This document shows, in pieces, positions 47,601 through 56,442 of a stretch of DNA of 64,000 nucleotides. A program made the position numbers and the translations under genes. Numbering within the stretch: the first letter of the stretch is position 1; each line of letters begins with the position of its first letter. The notes under the pieces are model-generated. The model did no database searches. It was not told the DNA's origin and saw nothing but the letters and a program-made list of their open reading frames with translations. Source of the stretch: Elusimicrobiota bacterium (lineage in GTDB: Bacteria; Elusimicrobiota; Elusimicrobia; UBA1565; UBA9628); contig JAHFCE010000016.1 in NCBI GenBank assembly GCA_023249675.1, forward strand, positions 247 to 64,246. Reading direction: 5' to 3'.

Positions 47601-47861
47601 CACGACGCGCAGGCGACTCCGGTGGTCTATCCCGGCAGGGCGCCCGAGCTCTCGGAGATCGTGCGTAACCTCACAAACAAGGACTTGACCATGGCGGCCG
47701 ATGACGCCAAGGAAAGCTTGAAGAGCCTTCTCGATCGCCTCGGCAGCGGGAAGCGGCCCCCCGGCCTCGAGGAGTTCGACGCGGCGGCCGCGGCCGTCGC
47801 CGAACGCGTCGAGGATCGCATCCTCGCCGGGCTCGCCTCAGACCCGGACCAGAAGCCTTAA
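44691..47861 (+). CDS. signal-peptide protein with C-terminal PTS enzyme I (PEP-utilising)-like domains
   Basis: GGASRMPHWVIFAK (phospho-His position), GVGLLRME, VRLFDFEGDK, YMIE, LGTND, HPRL, VDGEWG (Cys replaced by Asp). Confidence 0.8.
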   Translation: MRMAKTKKLFAAALWLLAASGWAAQTGKLGEPIAVTFSAPSAIESPAVPVLPPSLTGTPVLPPALAAPPSISLPTPLSVPRAPEAAPASRGTVPAAAQKGLRAIGGQLSAGEAEHAAALDRAWDLSSPREAAPLAPVQSQEIPAPRAAPATADLGRAAIQDLLVRGLPSGTARVVEGEILFWDPKRQNMDPYLASPHDDKNMVSAKTRNEIEGLRRVWLDVRGALAGKVSPDTLVEADALVAKAKDEIESNRLRAEIIIERLAARITADPSRSMGQTAAILEKELVPALKSRPSLLYLADAAANMDLEKFHDDLKRLEKDLIMTKIHDRFLRLLYGFDAKTPEDVFGERLIAQMRRMAIGEFFPLINREVSAGKTAEQALNAALAKIRSQIEVFRTQVLQNPKNQLAKRNFATLEEIAAAMEAVRDSLRVYDYTYEQTDLPEVAQSKKESEYARHEEAWGQAQSRLQGQAPSTELSAFLDEIQTYLRSEILTFGRPLQYAAAGFFSRNAGRLQKVNGKFADQGLEGPLDFLMAYSHFARGGGKQAAQTRELVVMTREIRDEADYQDLRLDFREHGRIVGIVTTGSAENGGASRMPHWVIFAKADGIVPVPWAGLDTQGLPLADLAKRFERPGGRPGSALINGRRGHLLINPTAKNHADWTARGQAYGRLEEHYKSRARKPVAFNGAPVRFLADEAKPAAFQGEGPSAIEASGASGVGLLRMEQFMSEVGVEWDRAQLAAGLKTILQRPLFKNGAPLVVRLFDFEGDKIPKFVRRVEARALLQTHSNARFYLDEGRPEFREFGKMQLKALFDAHMSARPGGNVRVLFSNVRSAKEIRSIEKLVDEAAAEYAAETEDPEAAARELQRLPIGYMIEDLETVKTLGSFMAQIRRLRQERPAERFLALGTNDYQSSLLRDDPVAIEKLAKLHPRLVEGIWKAAKAAAAQGIEFTVDGEWGSDPRMLIALLALRSFHDAQATPVVYPGRAPELSEIVRNLTNKDLTMAADDAKESLKSLLDRLGSGKRPPGLEEFDAAAAAVAERVEDRILAGLASDPDQKP

Positions 47862-47880
47862 AAATATTTTTCCGGCCCGG

Positions 47881-48531
47881 TCATCGCGTCTTGACCAAGG
47901 CCCGGATATCCCCGACGGTGTCTCCTCTCCACCAGACGCCGACCTGAGTGGTCGAGTATGTTTCTTGAACCAGGCCCTTTCTGATGTAATCCATTTTTTC
48001 TCGCCTCACGCGCAGGACCTCGACGGAAACGGCGTCCGCGGGCTTCCCATATCTTTTTGGATCGGAATAAACCAATACGTATTTATCCTTTTCATCCAGT
48101 TCAGTCTCGGCGACAAAATGGACTGGCTGAGCGAATGTCGGAGGATGAGTGGCAAATTTCATCTCATTTGTTTTGTTGAAATCCTTGTCCAGCAGCACTC
48201 CGATCGGAATAAACACGTTTTTTGTGAAGCCGAAACAGGCGCAGTAGCTTTTAATTTCGAGGGTGCTGGAAGCTTTGAAATCCGGCAGCTCGAATAAAAC
48301 GGCACGGCTCTTGCCTGTTTCGAAATCAAAGGCCTCGCTCTTTTGGGAAATCTTGTAGGAGTATTTTTTGTTGTGTTCAAGATTATAACGCGTCAGGTCG
48401 CTTAACCTCCGCGCGGACGCTGTCCCATCTAAAAACTTCTGGGACCTGACGGAATAACCTCCGCAGCCTGAAAGAGAGAGAGTCAACGACAGGGATAAGG
48501 TCACCGCGGGAACGAGGAGGCTGTGTCTCAT
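47881..48531 (-). CDS. lipoprotein, MalM-like
   Basis: Lipobox LSGC; KSRAVLFELP..LEIKS..VFIPIGVLLDKDF; start moved to ATG 48531; lower GC. Confidence 0.55.
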   Translation of the reverse strand: MRHSLLVPAVTLSLSLTLSLSGCGGYSVRSQKFLDGTASARRLSDLTRYNLEHNKKYSYKISQKSEAFDFETGKSRAVLFELPDFKASSTLEIKSYCACFGFTKNVFIPIGVLLDKDFNKTNEMKFATHPPTFAQPVHFVAETELDEKDKYVLVYSDPKRYGKPADAVSVEVLRVRREKMDYIRKGLVQETYSTTQVGVWWRGDTVGDIRALVKTR

Positions 48532-48655
48532 AGGGAGATCAGTATGCCCTAAAATCAGCTTTCTTTCCACCCCGCCGCGACCTGGGCCTTTTGACCCGCA
48601 TCGATCGTCCCAAGAGGCCCTGAGCAGGGGCCCTCGGAATGGGTACCCTAGTAGC

Positions 48656-50023
48656 ATGCGCAGATGCGCGGTCGTCTTTGCGGCGTTTTTCTTGGCCGGC
48701 CAATGGCCCCAGCCGAGCTGGGCGCAGACGCGCGTCGTCCTGGACGCCGCCGCGGAGGCCGCGTCTGGCGCCGTCGCGGGTTCGGCGACGGCCTTGTGGC
48801 TGCCCCGCGAGACGGGCCGCCTCCTGCTTCCCGATGTCCGCCTGGTCCTTCCCGCGCCGACCCCACTGATCGCGCCAAGCCTCCGCCTCGCTGTGCCAGC
48901 CGCCCAGCTCCGGATCATCCTCCCGCGTGCGGACGCTCAAGCCGCTTTCCGGGATCGCGCGCCGCTCGACGGACTCCGTCAATTTGGACAAGCTCTCCTG
49001 ACGGCCGGGGCCAAACCGGATGAGATTGATCGGGACGCTGCTCTTTTGGAGCGCTTCTATTCAGGTTCGGCGCCATCGAATCAGGCTTTCGTGACGGCAG
49101 CGCCGCATGCGAACCCGCCGGCCGCGGGCCCCTCCGACACAACGTCTCTCGACCGCGCGGCCACAGTCAACGAGCATGTCGCGAGCTATACACATATCCC
49201 CCTCCCGAAAACGGCGAACCCTTGGATCGCCGTCGGGGTTGTCGCCGCTTTGACCGCCCTGGCGACCGCCGCCATGATCCCACTCTCCCTGCCACGCGAC
49301 GGCTGGGTGGGGATCACGGGCTGGCTCGGAAGCGGGATTTTGGTCGCCTTTCCGCTCGTTCATATCGTCGAGATCTATCGCGAGATGAGGACGCTCAAGC
49401 GCGGCGGCGAGGAAGCGGCAACCGCCAAGGCGCATCTGGGCGGCGTGAGCGGCGACCTGCATATCATGCTCAAGGCGGGCAAGCTGCTCAAGTACCCGGG
49501 AATCTACGCCTCCGCAAGTCCCACCCTCATGGTCAACACGATCTCGCGGACTGTCTTGAGTTGGATCGTCCTCGCCATGCTCACCAAGACCGGAAATCTG
49601 GCCAAGGCGAAATTCGCGATTGTGACCGTCGCGGCGGCCTCCTTGGTGGCCGTCACGCCGCTGATCGCAGGCAACCATGCCTTGGTGACCGCCCTTGGGG
49701 TCCTGGGCGCGCTCATCTACGCCTTGTTCACCCTCCCGCAGTATCGGCTCAACTACGAAGCCCTGCTCAAGCTGCGCAGCGTCGATCCCGGTGTCGCCCT
49801 GGGAAGTCTTGAACGGTTGCGCGGCAACAGCGCCCTTTTTCTAATCCTCATCATTATCGGGAAAATTCTCATCATCCCGACTTATATCGCGACGAGCTTG
49901 GTCTATAACGCTTCCTCCAATCTCTTTTCGGGACTGGTGACCTTGCTCATCCTGTTCCAGATGGGCACGGTGGGCCTGCTTCCCTGGCAGAACCGCCTCG
50001 TGCAAAAAAAGGGAGCGCCATGA
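48656..50023 (+). CDS. signal-peptide protein with PQ-loop-like multi-pass membrane domain
   Basis: About 7 TM segments; LFTLPQYRLNY and AFPLVHIVEIY loops. Confidence 0.6.
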   Translation: MRRCAVVFAAFFLAGQWPQPSWAQTRVVLDAAAEAASGAVAGSATALWLPRETGRLLLPDVRLVLPAPTPLIAPSLRLAVPAAQLRIILPRADAQAAFRDRAPLDGLRQFGQALLTAGAKPDEIDRDAALLERFYSGSAPSNQAFVTAAPHANPPAAGPSDTTSLDRAATVNEHVASYTHIPLPKTANPWIAVGVVAALTALATAAMIPLSLPRDGWVGITGWLGSGILVAFPLVHIVEIYREMRTLKRGGEEAATAKAHLGGVSGDLHIMLKAGKLLKYPGIYASASPTLMVNTISRTVLSWIVLAMLTKTGNLAKAKFAIVTVAAASLVAVTPLIAGNHALVTALGVLGALIYALFTLPQYRLNYEALLKLRSVDPGVALGSLERLRGNSALFLILIIIGKILIIPTYIATSLVYNASSNLFSGLVTLLILFQMGTVGLLPWQNRLVQKKGAP

Positions 50024-52035
50024 GAAAACCAATCTCGGCGCTCCTGGCGGCGCTTCTTTTCCTCTCTCCCCTCCAACCGGTCGCAGCGCAGGTCAGAAGC
50101 GGCGCCTCCTTTGAGGCGCCCCCGGGCCTCGGAAAGGTCCTCATTCCTCTATCCTCTCCGGTTCCCGGCGCTGCGCTGGACGGAGCGCTCGCCGCGGCAC
50201 CCGCGTCCGCGGCGCCGCTTATCAACGCGCCGGCCCCCACGCCGCAGCCCGCGCCCATCGGGGAAAAAGAGACTCCCGCCAAACCCTACAAGCCGCGCCG
50301 GACGAGCTACGACTACGGCCGCATGTTCGATCTCGCGCGGCGCGTGCTCTCGCGGCCCGAGGCGAGGCAATTCATCAAGGAGGTATTCAAGGAGGAGCTG
50401 ACCGTCAGCGACGAAGACCAGAGCAAATACAACCTTCCGGACAAGATCAAGGAGATCTCCGAAAGCCAGTTCATGCTCCTGCTCCAGTACAATCCCAAGT
50501 ACTGGCCGCTCATCGATAAGTACCTGGCCTCGGTTCCCGCGGCAAGCGAATCCAAGGCCACCGAGGAAAAACGCGCCAAATGGCGCGCGGCCTTCCGGGA
50601 TCTCGTCAAGAAAGACGAGATCGGCGAGACGTTTAAGCGCCTCAACGATCCCGTCAATCCTCTGCACCTCCAACTCGCGGGCGACGCCCCCGCCTACGGC
50701 GGCGCCAAGCTCTACGCCAATCACCAGACGGTCCTCGACGGCCAGGTCTCGCCCCCCGCCGATCTCAAGCGGGTCCTCCTCGAATTCATCGCCTCGGCCA
50801 AGGGCGAGCTGATGTTCAACGTTTTCGACTTCGACCTTCCGGACGTCGCCGACGCCCTGATCGCGGCGGCCGAACGGGGAGTGAAGGTCACGGGCGGCAT
50901 CGACAAGGGCAACGTCGACGGCCGCCCCGAGGTCAAGGCCGTCTTCGACAAGCTCTCCGGACACAAGCATATCAAGATCGTCGCGGTGGACTCGGTGGGC
51001 CTCAACCACCAGAAAATCGTCCTGCGCGACTGGAGCGATGAGAAGCTGGCCGCCTCCCTGTTCTCCTCGGGGAACTTCACCCAGTCCTGCATCGGCCCGG
51101 AGGGAGACCTCAAGAACATCAAGCCCACGCCCGCGGTCTCGGTGCCCAACGCCAATCACATGGTCACCCTGGAAGGTTACCTACCGGCGCAGATCGCGGC
51201 CAATAATCTCATCAAGACCCTCGAATTCGGCCTGCGCGGAAACGCGTATCCCCTGGGCGGCGCCTTCAAAGTCACGGGCCCCGCGGCCGCGGGCGCCGCG
51301 CAAGCGCCGCAGTTGGTTATCGCCTTCTCTCCCAAGGGAGGTCTGGGCGACATCAACCGCGACATCCTGCGCCGGCTCATCGTGGGCACGCGGGGCATCA
51401 TCCGGATGCTCCAGTTCGCTTTCTCCTCCCAGACCGTCCTGGAGGCCCTCATCGAGCGCGCCCGGCTCGAGATAAAGGAAGGCAACGCCTTCGACTTCAA
51501 GAGCGTGGGCGACACCCCATTCTCCATGCGCCCATGGGCCGTCTTTCTCGCGATGGCGGGCAAGGCGCTCCTCGAGGACACGAAGCAGTACGTCGACTTG
51601 AAGGAGAACCCCCTCAAGGATATTATGGGCGCCGAGGCGTACGAGGCAATGCTCAAGGACATCCGCGTCGCGCCCAAGGAGTACGGCAACAACCGCTTCA
51701 CGGACTCCGACGGCGCTGTCCGGGAGGCCAACGCGAAGCTCCACCACAAGTCTCTCATCTCCGGCCCCTTCACCGTCTTCGGGACCTCCTTCAACTTCAG
51801 CGAGAACGCCGAGCACAACAACGAGCAGATCCTCCTCACCGACGACCCCGCCATCCGGGCGGCGATGCTGGCGGTCTTCGACGGCTTTTTCCGGCTCAGC
51901 ACCCGCACCCTCGTTGAGGAAGCCGAACGCCGCAACCGGATGACCCAGGAAGACCGGGACGCGGACGGGCGCGATGACGACGAGTCGAAGCACGTCGAGA
52001 AGGAATCGGCGCGGGCGGGCAAAAAGGGCCCATGA
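50020..52035 (+). CDS. signal-peptide phospholipase D family protein
   Basis: NHQKIVLRD..SGNFT (HKD1) and HHKSLISG..TSFNFS (HKD2, Asp replaced by Gly). Confidence 0.85.
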   Translation: MRKPISALLAALLFLSPLQPVAAQVRSGASFEAPPGLGKVLIPLSSPVPGAALDGALAAAPASAAPLINAPAPTPQPAPIGEKETPAKPYKPRRTSYDYGRMFDLARRVLSRPEARQFIKEVFKEELTVSDEDQSKYNLPDKIKEISESQFMLLLQYNPKYWPLIDKYLASVPAASESKATEEKRAKWRAAFRDLVKKDEIGETFKRLNDPVNPLHLQLAGDAPAYGGAKLYANHQTVLDGQVSPPADLKRVLLEFIASAKGELMFNVFDFDLPDVADALIAAAERGVKVTGGIDKGNVDGRPEVKAVFDKLSGHKHIKIVAVDSVGLNHQKIVLRDWSDEKLAASLFSSGNFTQSCIGPEGDLKNIKPTPAVSVPNANHMVTLEGYLPAQIAANNLIKTLEFGLRGNAYPLGGAFKVTGPAAAGAAQAPQLVIAFSPKGGLGDINRDILRRLIVGTRGIIRMLQFAFSSQTVLEALIERARLEIKEGNAFDFKSVGDTPFSMRPWAVFLAMAGKALLEDTKQYVDLKENPLKDIMGAEAYEAMLKDIRVAPKEYGNNRFTDSDGAVREANAKLHHKSLISGPFTVFGTSFNFSENAEHNNEQILLTDDPAIRAAMLAVFDGFFRLSTRTLVEEAERRNRMTQEDRDADGRDDDESKHVEKESARAGKKGP

Positions 52036-53150
52036 GAAAGAACGCGGCGCTTCTCGTACTTCTGGCGGCGGCCTTCCCGTCCTTTGCGGCGGCCCAGACC
52101 AAATTGGGAACGCCTCCCGGAGCCCATCTCGCGGGAACGCCCATCTCCCCCGTCCCGAACCTCGCTGCTCCGACCTTCCAGCTGTACGCCCCATCTCCAA
52201 CGGCGATCCTGGGCGCCCCCGCCGCGGCCGCGCCAACACCCGTCCCCACGGCCCTCGCCGCCATCCAGCCGTCCGTCGCGACGCCGGACAAGGCCGGTTC
52301 CGATGCGCTCCGAGCCTCGGCCGCCGCCCTATTCGACGGCGCGGGAAAACTCTCGCTCACCGCAGCCGCGGTCGAGCCCGAGACAAGCGTCGTGGCTGTT
52401 GCGAACCTCGACGCCGCGCTCAAAACCCTGCGCGCGGCCTCCCATCCGCGCCATGAAACCACGGACGGCGTGCTGGCCAAACTCTCCGCTCTGTACCCCG
52501 ATCTGCCGCTCTCCCCCGACTTTGTTTTTCTGGTCCGGGATCCGGCCGCGCTCGCGCCCTACGGCATCCCCTCGGCCGCGGCGGGCGCGGCGCGCATCCT
52601 CTCCGACGGCCGCGACGAGCGCAAAGTCATCCTTCTGGTCGCGGGCCAAGGCGTTTCGCTTGACGACTTCATCGAGTATTCCCTCCACGAGGCCGTCCAT
52701 CTCAAAGACGACGGCATACTGCGCCTGCCCCATGAACGATTCGTAGAGCATTGGTTCGCGGAGGGCTACACCCAGCTGCGCGCCCATTCCATGGCGAACG
52801 CCGGCCGGCGCGCCCTCGGCCGTCCCGAGCGCGCCAACGGCGCCTATTCCCGCGAGGTCGCCGTCATCGAGCGCTTGATCGCCAAATACGGCGAGGCCCC
52901 GCTCAAACTTCTCGTCGAGACGGGCAGCGACGCGGGCCTACGGCGCACGCTGGGCCGGCGCTGGCAGGACCTGCTCGCCCTGGCGCACGAGAACAGATCG
53001 AGCACGCAGCGCCAGCGCGATTATTTCCTGCGATTGGCCGAAGTCGTCATCGCGCATCCCGAGTTCGGTCCCGACTCCTTCAGGGAAGCCGCGCGTAGGC
53101 TCCATGGCGACACCCTGGTCGGCTCTGAGGAACATGCATTGGACCCATAA
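52032..53150 (+). CDS. signal-peptide zinc metallopeptidase-like protein
   Basis: LHEAVH followed by WFAEGYT (gluzincin-type third ligand). Confidence 0.7.
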   Translation: MRKNAALLVLLAAAFPSFAAAQTKLGTPPGAHLAGTPISPVPNLAAPTFQLYAPSPTAILGAPAAAAPTPVPTALAAIQPSVATPDKAGSDALRASAAALFDGAGKLSLTAAAVEPETSVVAVANLDAALKTLRAASHPRHETTDGVLAKLSALYPDLPLSPDFVFLVRDPAALAPYGIPSAAAGAARILSDGRDERKVILLVAGQGVSLDDFIEYSLHEAVHLKDDGILRLPHERFVEHWFAEGYTQLRAHSMANAGRRALGRPERANGAYSREVAVIERLIAKYGEAPLKLLVETGSDAGLRRTLGRRWQDLLALAHENRSSTQRQRDYFLRLAEVVIAHPEFGPDSFREAARRLHGDTLVGSEEHALDP

Positions 53151-53228
53151 TCAAGCGGGCCGTTTAACCCGCCGGGATTAGGACTGAAGACCCGCCCCAA
53201 AATGAGCCGTCTGTGCCAAACTAATGGC

Positions 53229-53801
53229 ATGAATACGATCATCGCCGCCTTGTTTCTCACGCTGTCCTCAGTCCCGGCCCAAGCCGCCCAAGCCATCCCG
53301 GCTCTTGCGCAGCTTGAGGCCGCCGCGGAAAACCCCGGCGGCGCCGCCGCGGCCCTCGATGGTAGCTCCTGCGCCGGACCCGGGCTTGAACTCGTCTCGG
53401 AACGGAGGGGAATCTTGCTGAGAACCAGGAAATATCCGGCCAGACGCGTTCCTCATCCCGGCCCCGGGGACGTCAAGGGCCATTATCACAACCACAACAA
53501 CCGATACATCAACACTCCCGCGCACACGGAAAGAATCTACGGAGACATCCAAACTGTGAGAATTTCCGATCGCAGCGCCTATCAGCGCAGCTCGGCCCGG
53601 ACGGGAATGCTCATCGGCGGCGGGATCGGACTCCTGGGCTTTGTGGCCCTGCTCTGCGGGCCCGTCGGCTGGACGGTGGGGGCTGCCACGACGATTGCGG
53701 GAGCCGTCATCGGCAGCAACGTCGGCTATAACGAGGCCGCGGCAAAGCCCGATGTTTTTCAACGCGCGGTCAATCGGCGTTCCGAGATCAGCTACCCGTA
53801 A
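53229..53801 (+). CDS. secreted hypothetical protein with Gly-zipper hydrophobic hairpin
   Basis: Signal peptide; GMLIGGGIGLLG..GPVGWTVGAATTIAGAVIG. Confidence 0.65.
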   Translation: MNTIIAALFLTLSSVPAQAAQAIPALAQLEAAAENPGGAAAALDGSSCAGPGLELVSERRGILLRTRKYPARRVPHPGPGDVKGHYHNHNNRYINTPAHTERIYGDIQTVRISDRSAYQRSSARTGMLIGGGIGLLGFVALLCGPVGWTVGAATTIAGAVIGSNVGYNEAAAKPDVFQRAVNRRSEISYP

Positions 53802-53830
53802 ACCAAACGTCCCTATCGTAGGAGTCTAAA

Positions 53831-54895
53831 ATGAAGCAAGCTATTTTTCTGACGGGAGTTCTTCTGTTGGCGGGCGGCGGCTCTTTCGCCCAGGATGCCG
53901 GACCGCTCTCCGGACCCGACGAACTCCGGCGCCTCTTTAAGGCGGGCACGCCCGAGCAGAAAAAACAAGTCTGTTTCCAAGGCCTCAAGGCGGACGAACC
54001 CGCCCGCCCCGCCGACAGCGCCCTCGTGGAGCTCGACAAGGCCAGACAACGGATCGCGGACGGGCTTTCGGGCTCGGACCTGGCCAGCGCCTTCGCTCTC
54101 ACGCCGAGTCTGCGCGAGGCCGCCTCTCTGGCGGCCGCCCCGCGCCCCCAGGCTCCCAAGCCTGAGCGGGTCCGGACTCTCAGCGCCTCCACCGACCGTT
54201 ACCAAGCTCCAGACAAGCCTCTGAGCATCCAGGGCGGAGCCGGAAGCCAAGATTCGTTCCAGCTGTCGATCTATTACCGAATCCCGATCGCCGGCAACCG
54301 CGATTCGGGCACTTTCGCCGTGAGCCCGGGCCTCGGCTGGAATGTCTCGGGAGGCCAGGATAAGACTTTGGAACGCCAGTGGGTGAGCTCCTACCAGGGA
54401 TACGGCCATTCTTCCTATGACTACAACGGCCAGCCGGGCCATTACTACCTGGACCGGGACGGCTACGTCGAGCGCAAGGTCTCCCGCCGGCGCGCGGGGC
54501 GCGACCTCGTGGAGCTGGTCCGTTTCGACTACGAGACGCCGCGCCTGGGAGCCGTCCGTTTTTACGGCGGGACCGGTCTTGGCTACGGCACTCTCGACAC
54601 CCGGACCAGGACCGTCCAAACCTACGAACAGCATGAGAGGACCTACGACCCCAAGACCGGGACCTACAGCATCTGGCGCACGAACACCTTGAGCAGTCAG
54701 ACGCTGTCGAGCGGACCAGGTGAAAGGGCCAGCGCGGGCTTTGCCACGGCTTTCGTCGGCTGCCGCATCGACGGCCAAGGGCTTTGGGGTCTTCCCTGCG
54801 ACATCGTCGTCGAGTGCGAGAAGATGTTCTTGCCGGACTCCTTCGGCAAGGATGACCCCGTCTCCGTCACCGCCGGGGTCGGCGTGGGATTTTAG
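53831..54895 (+). CDS. secreted protein, probable outer-membrane beta-barrel
   Basis: Signal peptide, amphipathic strands (RFYGGTGLGYG), C-terminal VTAGVGVGF. Confidence 0.6.
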   Translation: MKQAIFLTGVLLLAGGGSFAQDAGPLSGPDELRRLFKAGTPEQKKQVCFQGLKADEPARPADSALVELDKARQRIADGLSGSDLASAFALTPSLREAASLAAAPRPQAPKPERVRTLSASTDRYQAPDKPLSIQGGAGSQDSFQLSIYYRIPIAGNRDSGTFAVSPGLGWNVSGGQDKTLERQWVSSYQGYGHSSYDYNGQPGHYYLDRDGYVERKVSRRRAGRDLVELVRFDYETPRLGAVRFYGGTGLGYGTLDTRTRTVQTYEQHERTYDPKTGTYSIWRTNTLSSQTLSSGPGERASAGFATAFVGCRIDGQGLWGLPCDIVVECEKMFLPDSFGKDDPVSVTAGVGVGF

Positions 54896-54910
54896 GCCGA
54901 CGTCCCCGGT

Positions 54911-55825
54911 CTAATAATCGACTTCCCAGGGCAGCCTTCGAGCCCCGCGAGACCGGGCTTCGCTTTCAGCGAACGGGAAGCGCGTGCGCCGGTTGAAAAC
55001 AGCGCCCTTCAAGTCGGCTCCCGTCAAATCGGCCCCGGTCAGGTCCGCCTCTCTCAGATTGCTCTCGTAGCCCCCGCTCAAGGGAGTAAAATCGGCGTTC
55101 GCCGCTTGGACGTGGCGAAAGACCGCCGCCGTCATGTCGGCCGATCGAAACTTCGCCCCGCTCAAATCCGCATAGCTGAAGTCGGCCAAAACGAGATGCC
55201 CCCCGCCGAGATCGGCTCCGCTTAAAGTCGCCGAAGACAGAACGGCGTCGATGAGAGAAACCCGTCTCATCTGCGCCTGGGCGAGATTGGCGTGAGTCAG
55301 ATCGCAGCGGTCCAAGGTCGCGTCCCGCAAATGGGCCGCCTCCAGATCAATCCCCGTCAGCTTCGCGCCGGAAAGATCCGTAAAAATCAGGTTGGCCCCG
55401 GATAAATCCGCTCCGCTCAGGTCGGCCCCGACCAAGCGCGCGCGGCTTAAATCCGCTTTCCTCAAACGGGCGCCGCGGAGATTGACGTATTTCATGTCGA
55501 TCACCAGACTGACCGACCACGCGCTCCGAAGATCCGCTCCGCTTAAATCCGCGCATTCCCCCTGTTTTGTCTCCCGCAAGGTTTTGACGGAAACGGAATT
55601 GTAGCCCGCTTCTCCGCGCCCGTTGCGGCACGAAAAGCCGGTTCCATTCCACTGCCATCGATAGCGAGACAGTTCCTCTTGGCTGGAGGCCCTCAGAGCG
55701 CTCTCGGCCGCATTGATTTCACGCAGAAAAAAACGATCCCCGCCTTGCTGAGCCCTCAGCAAAGACGGCAGAAGAAAAAGGGCCGCTAAGAGAAAAGTTC
55801 TGCTCATCCTATTCATGGTCGTCAT
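54911..55825 (-). CDS. signal-peptide pentapeptide-repeat protein
   Basis: Long A(D/N)LxG runs (ADLSGADLSGANL). Confidence 0.9.
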   Translation of the reverse strand: MTTMNRMSRTFLLAALFLLPSLLRAQQGGDRFFLREINAAESALRASSQEELSRYRWQWNGTGFSCRNGRGEAGYNSVSVKTLRETKQGECADLSGADLRSAWSVSLVIDMKYVNLRGARLRKADLSRARLVGADLSGADLSGANLIFTDLSGAKLTGIDLEAAHLRDATLDRCDLTHANLAQAQMRRVSLIDAVLSSATLSGADLGGGHLVLADFSYADLSGAKFRSADMTAAVFRHVQAANADFTPLSGGYESNLREADLTGADLTGADLKGAVFNRRTRFPFAESEARSRGARRLPWEVDY

Positions 55826-56045
55826 AAAACCTCCACGTAGAGGTATTGTAGCTCTCCAGCTGGGGAACGCCTGGGCCCTCCGTTCCAGAAAACACCGACA
55901 AAAGACCTAGCGAATGAAGGACTTCTGCCGCCAAAAATTCTCCCCCCTCGCCGACGATCCGTGGTACAATGTAGGCAGAGATCAGCGATGATCTTGCCAC
56001 ACAGACGTATGTGAGCAATACGCAAAAAAAGAGGAAGCAAACAGA

Positions 56046-56249
56046 ATGGCTACGGGCAAAGTGAAGTGGTTCAACGATCAGAAGGGCTTCGGTTTCATCA
56101 CGCCGGACGACGGGTCCAAGGACCTGTTCGTCCACCACTCGTCCATCACGGGCGAGGGGTTCAAGACTTTGGCTGAGAATCAGGCCGTTGAGTTCGACGT
56201 GCAGCAGTCCGACAAGGGCCCGCGCGCCGCGAACGTCCGCAAGCTCTAA
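56046..56249 (+). CDS. cspA: cold shock protein
   Basis: [31 protein letters not shown]. Confidence 0.97.
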   Translation: MATGKVKWFNDQKGFGFITPDDGSKDLFVHHSSITGEGFKTLAENQAVEFDVQQSDKGPRAANVRKL

Positions 56250-56270
56250 TTCGAGCGCTGACCTGAGAAC

Positions 56271-56308
56271 GCCCCCGGCGCCGCTCGCGGCGCCGGGGGC
56301 TATTTTTT
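56271..56308 (+). terminator. intrinsic terminator of cspA
   Basis: GCCCCCGGCGCCGC/GCGGCGCCGGGGGC stem then TATTTTTT. Confidence 0.85.
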
Positions 56309-56442
56309 GCGCGAGAAAAAGATGGACAACCGCGCCCAGACATGCTATAATGCCTTCGTCGCTTTCGAACCCGTAACGAGAAATGTCGGGACCTAGACCC
56401 TCCGCGAGTTAAGCGGGGGGTTTCGTGTTTATCGGACCGCCT

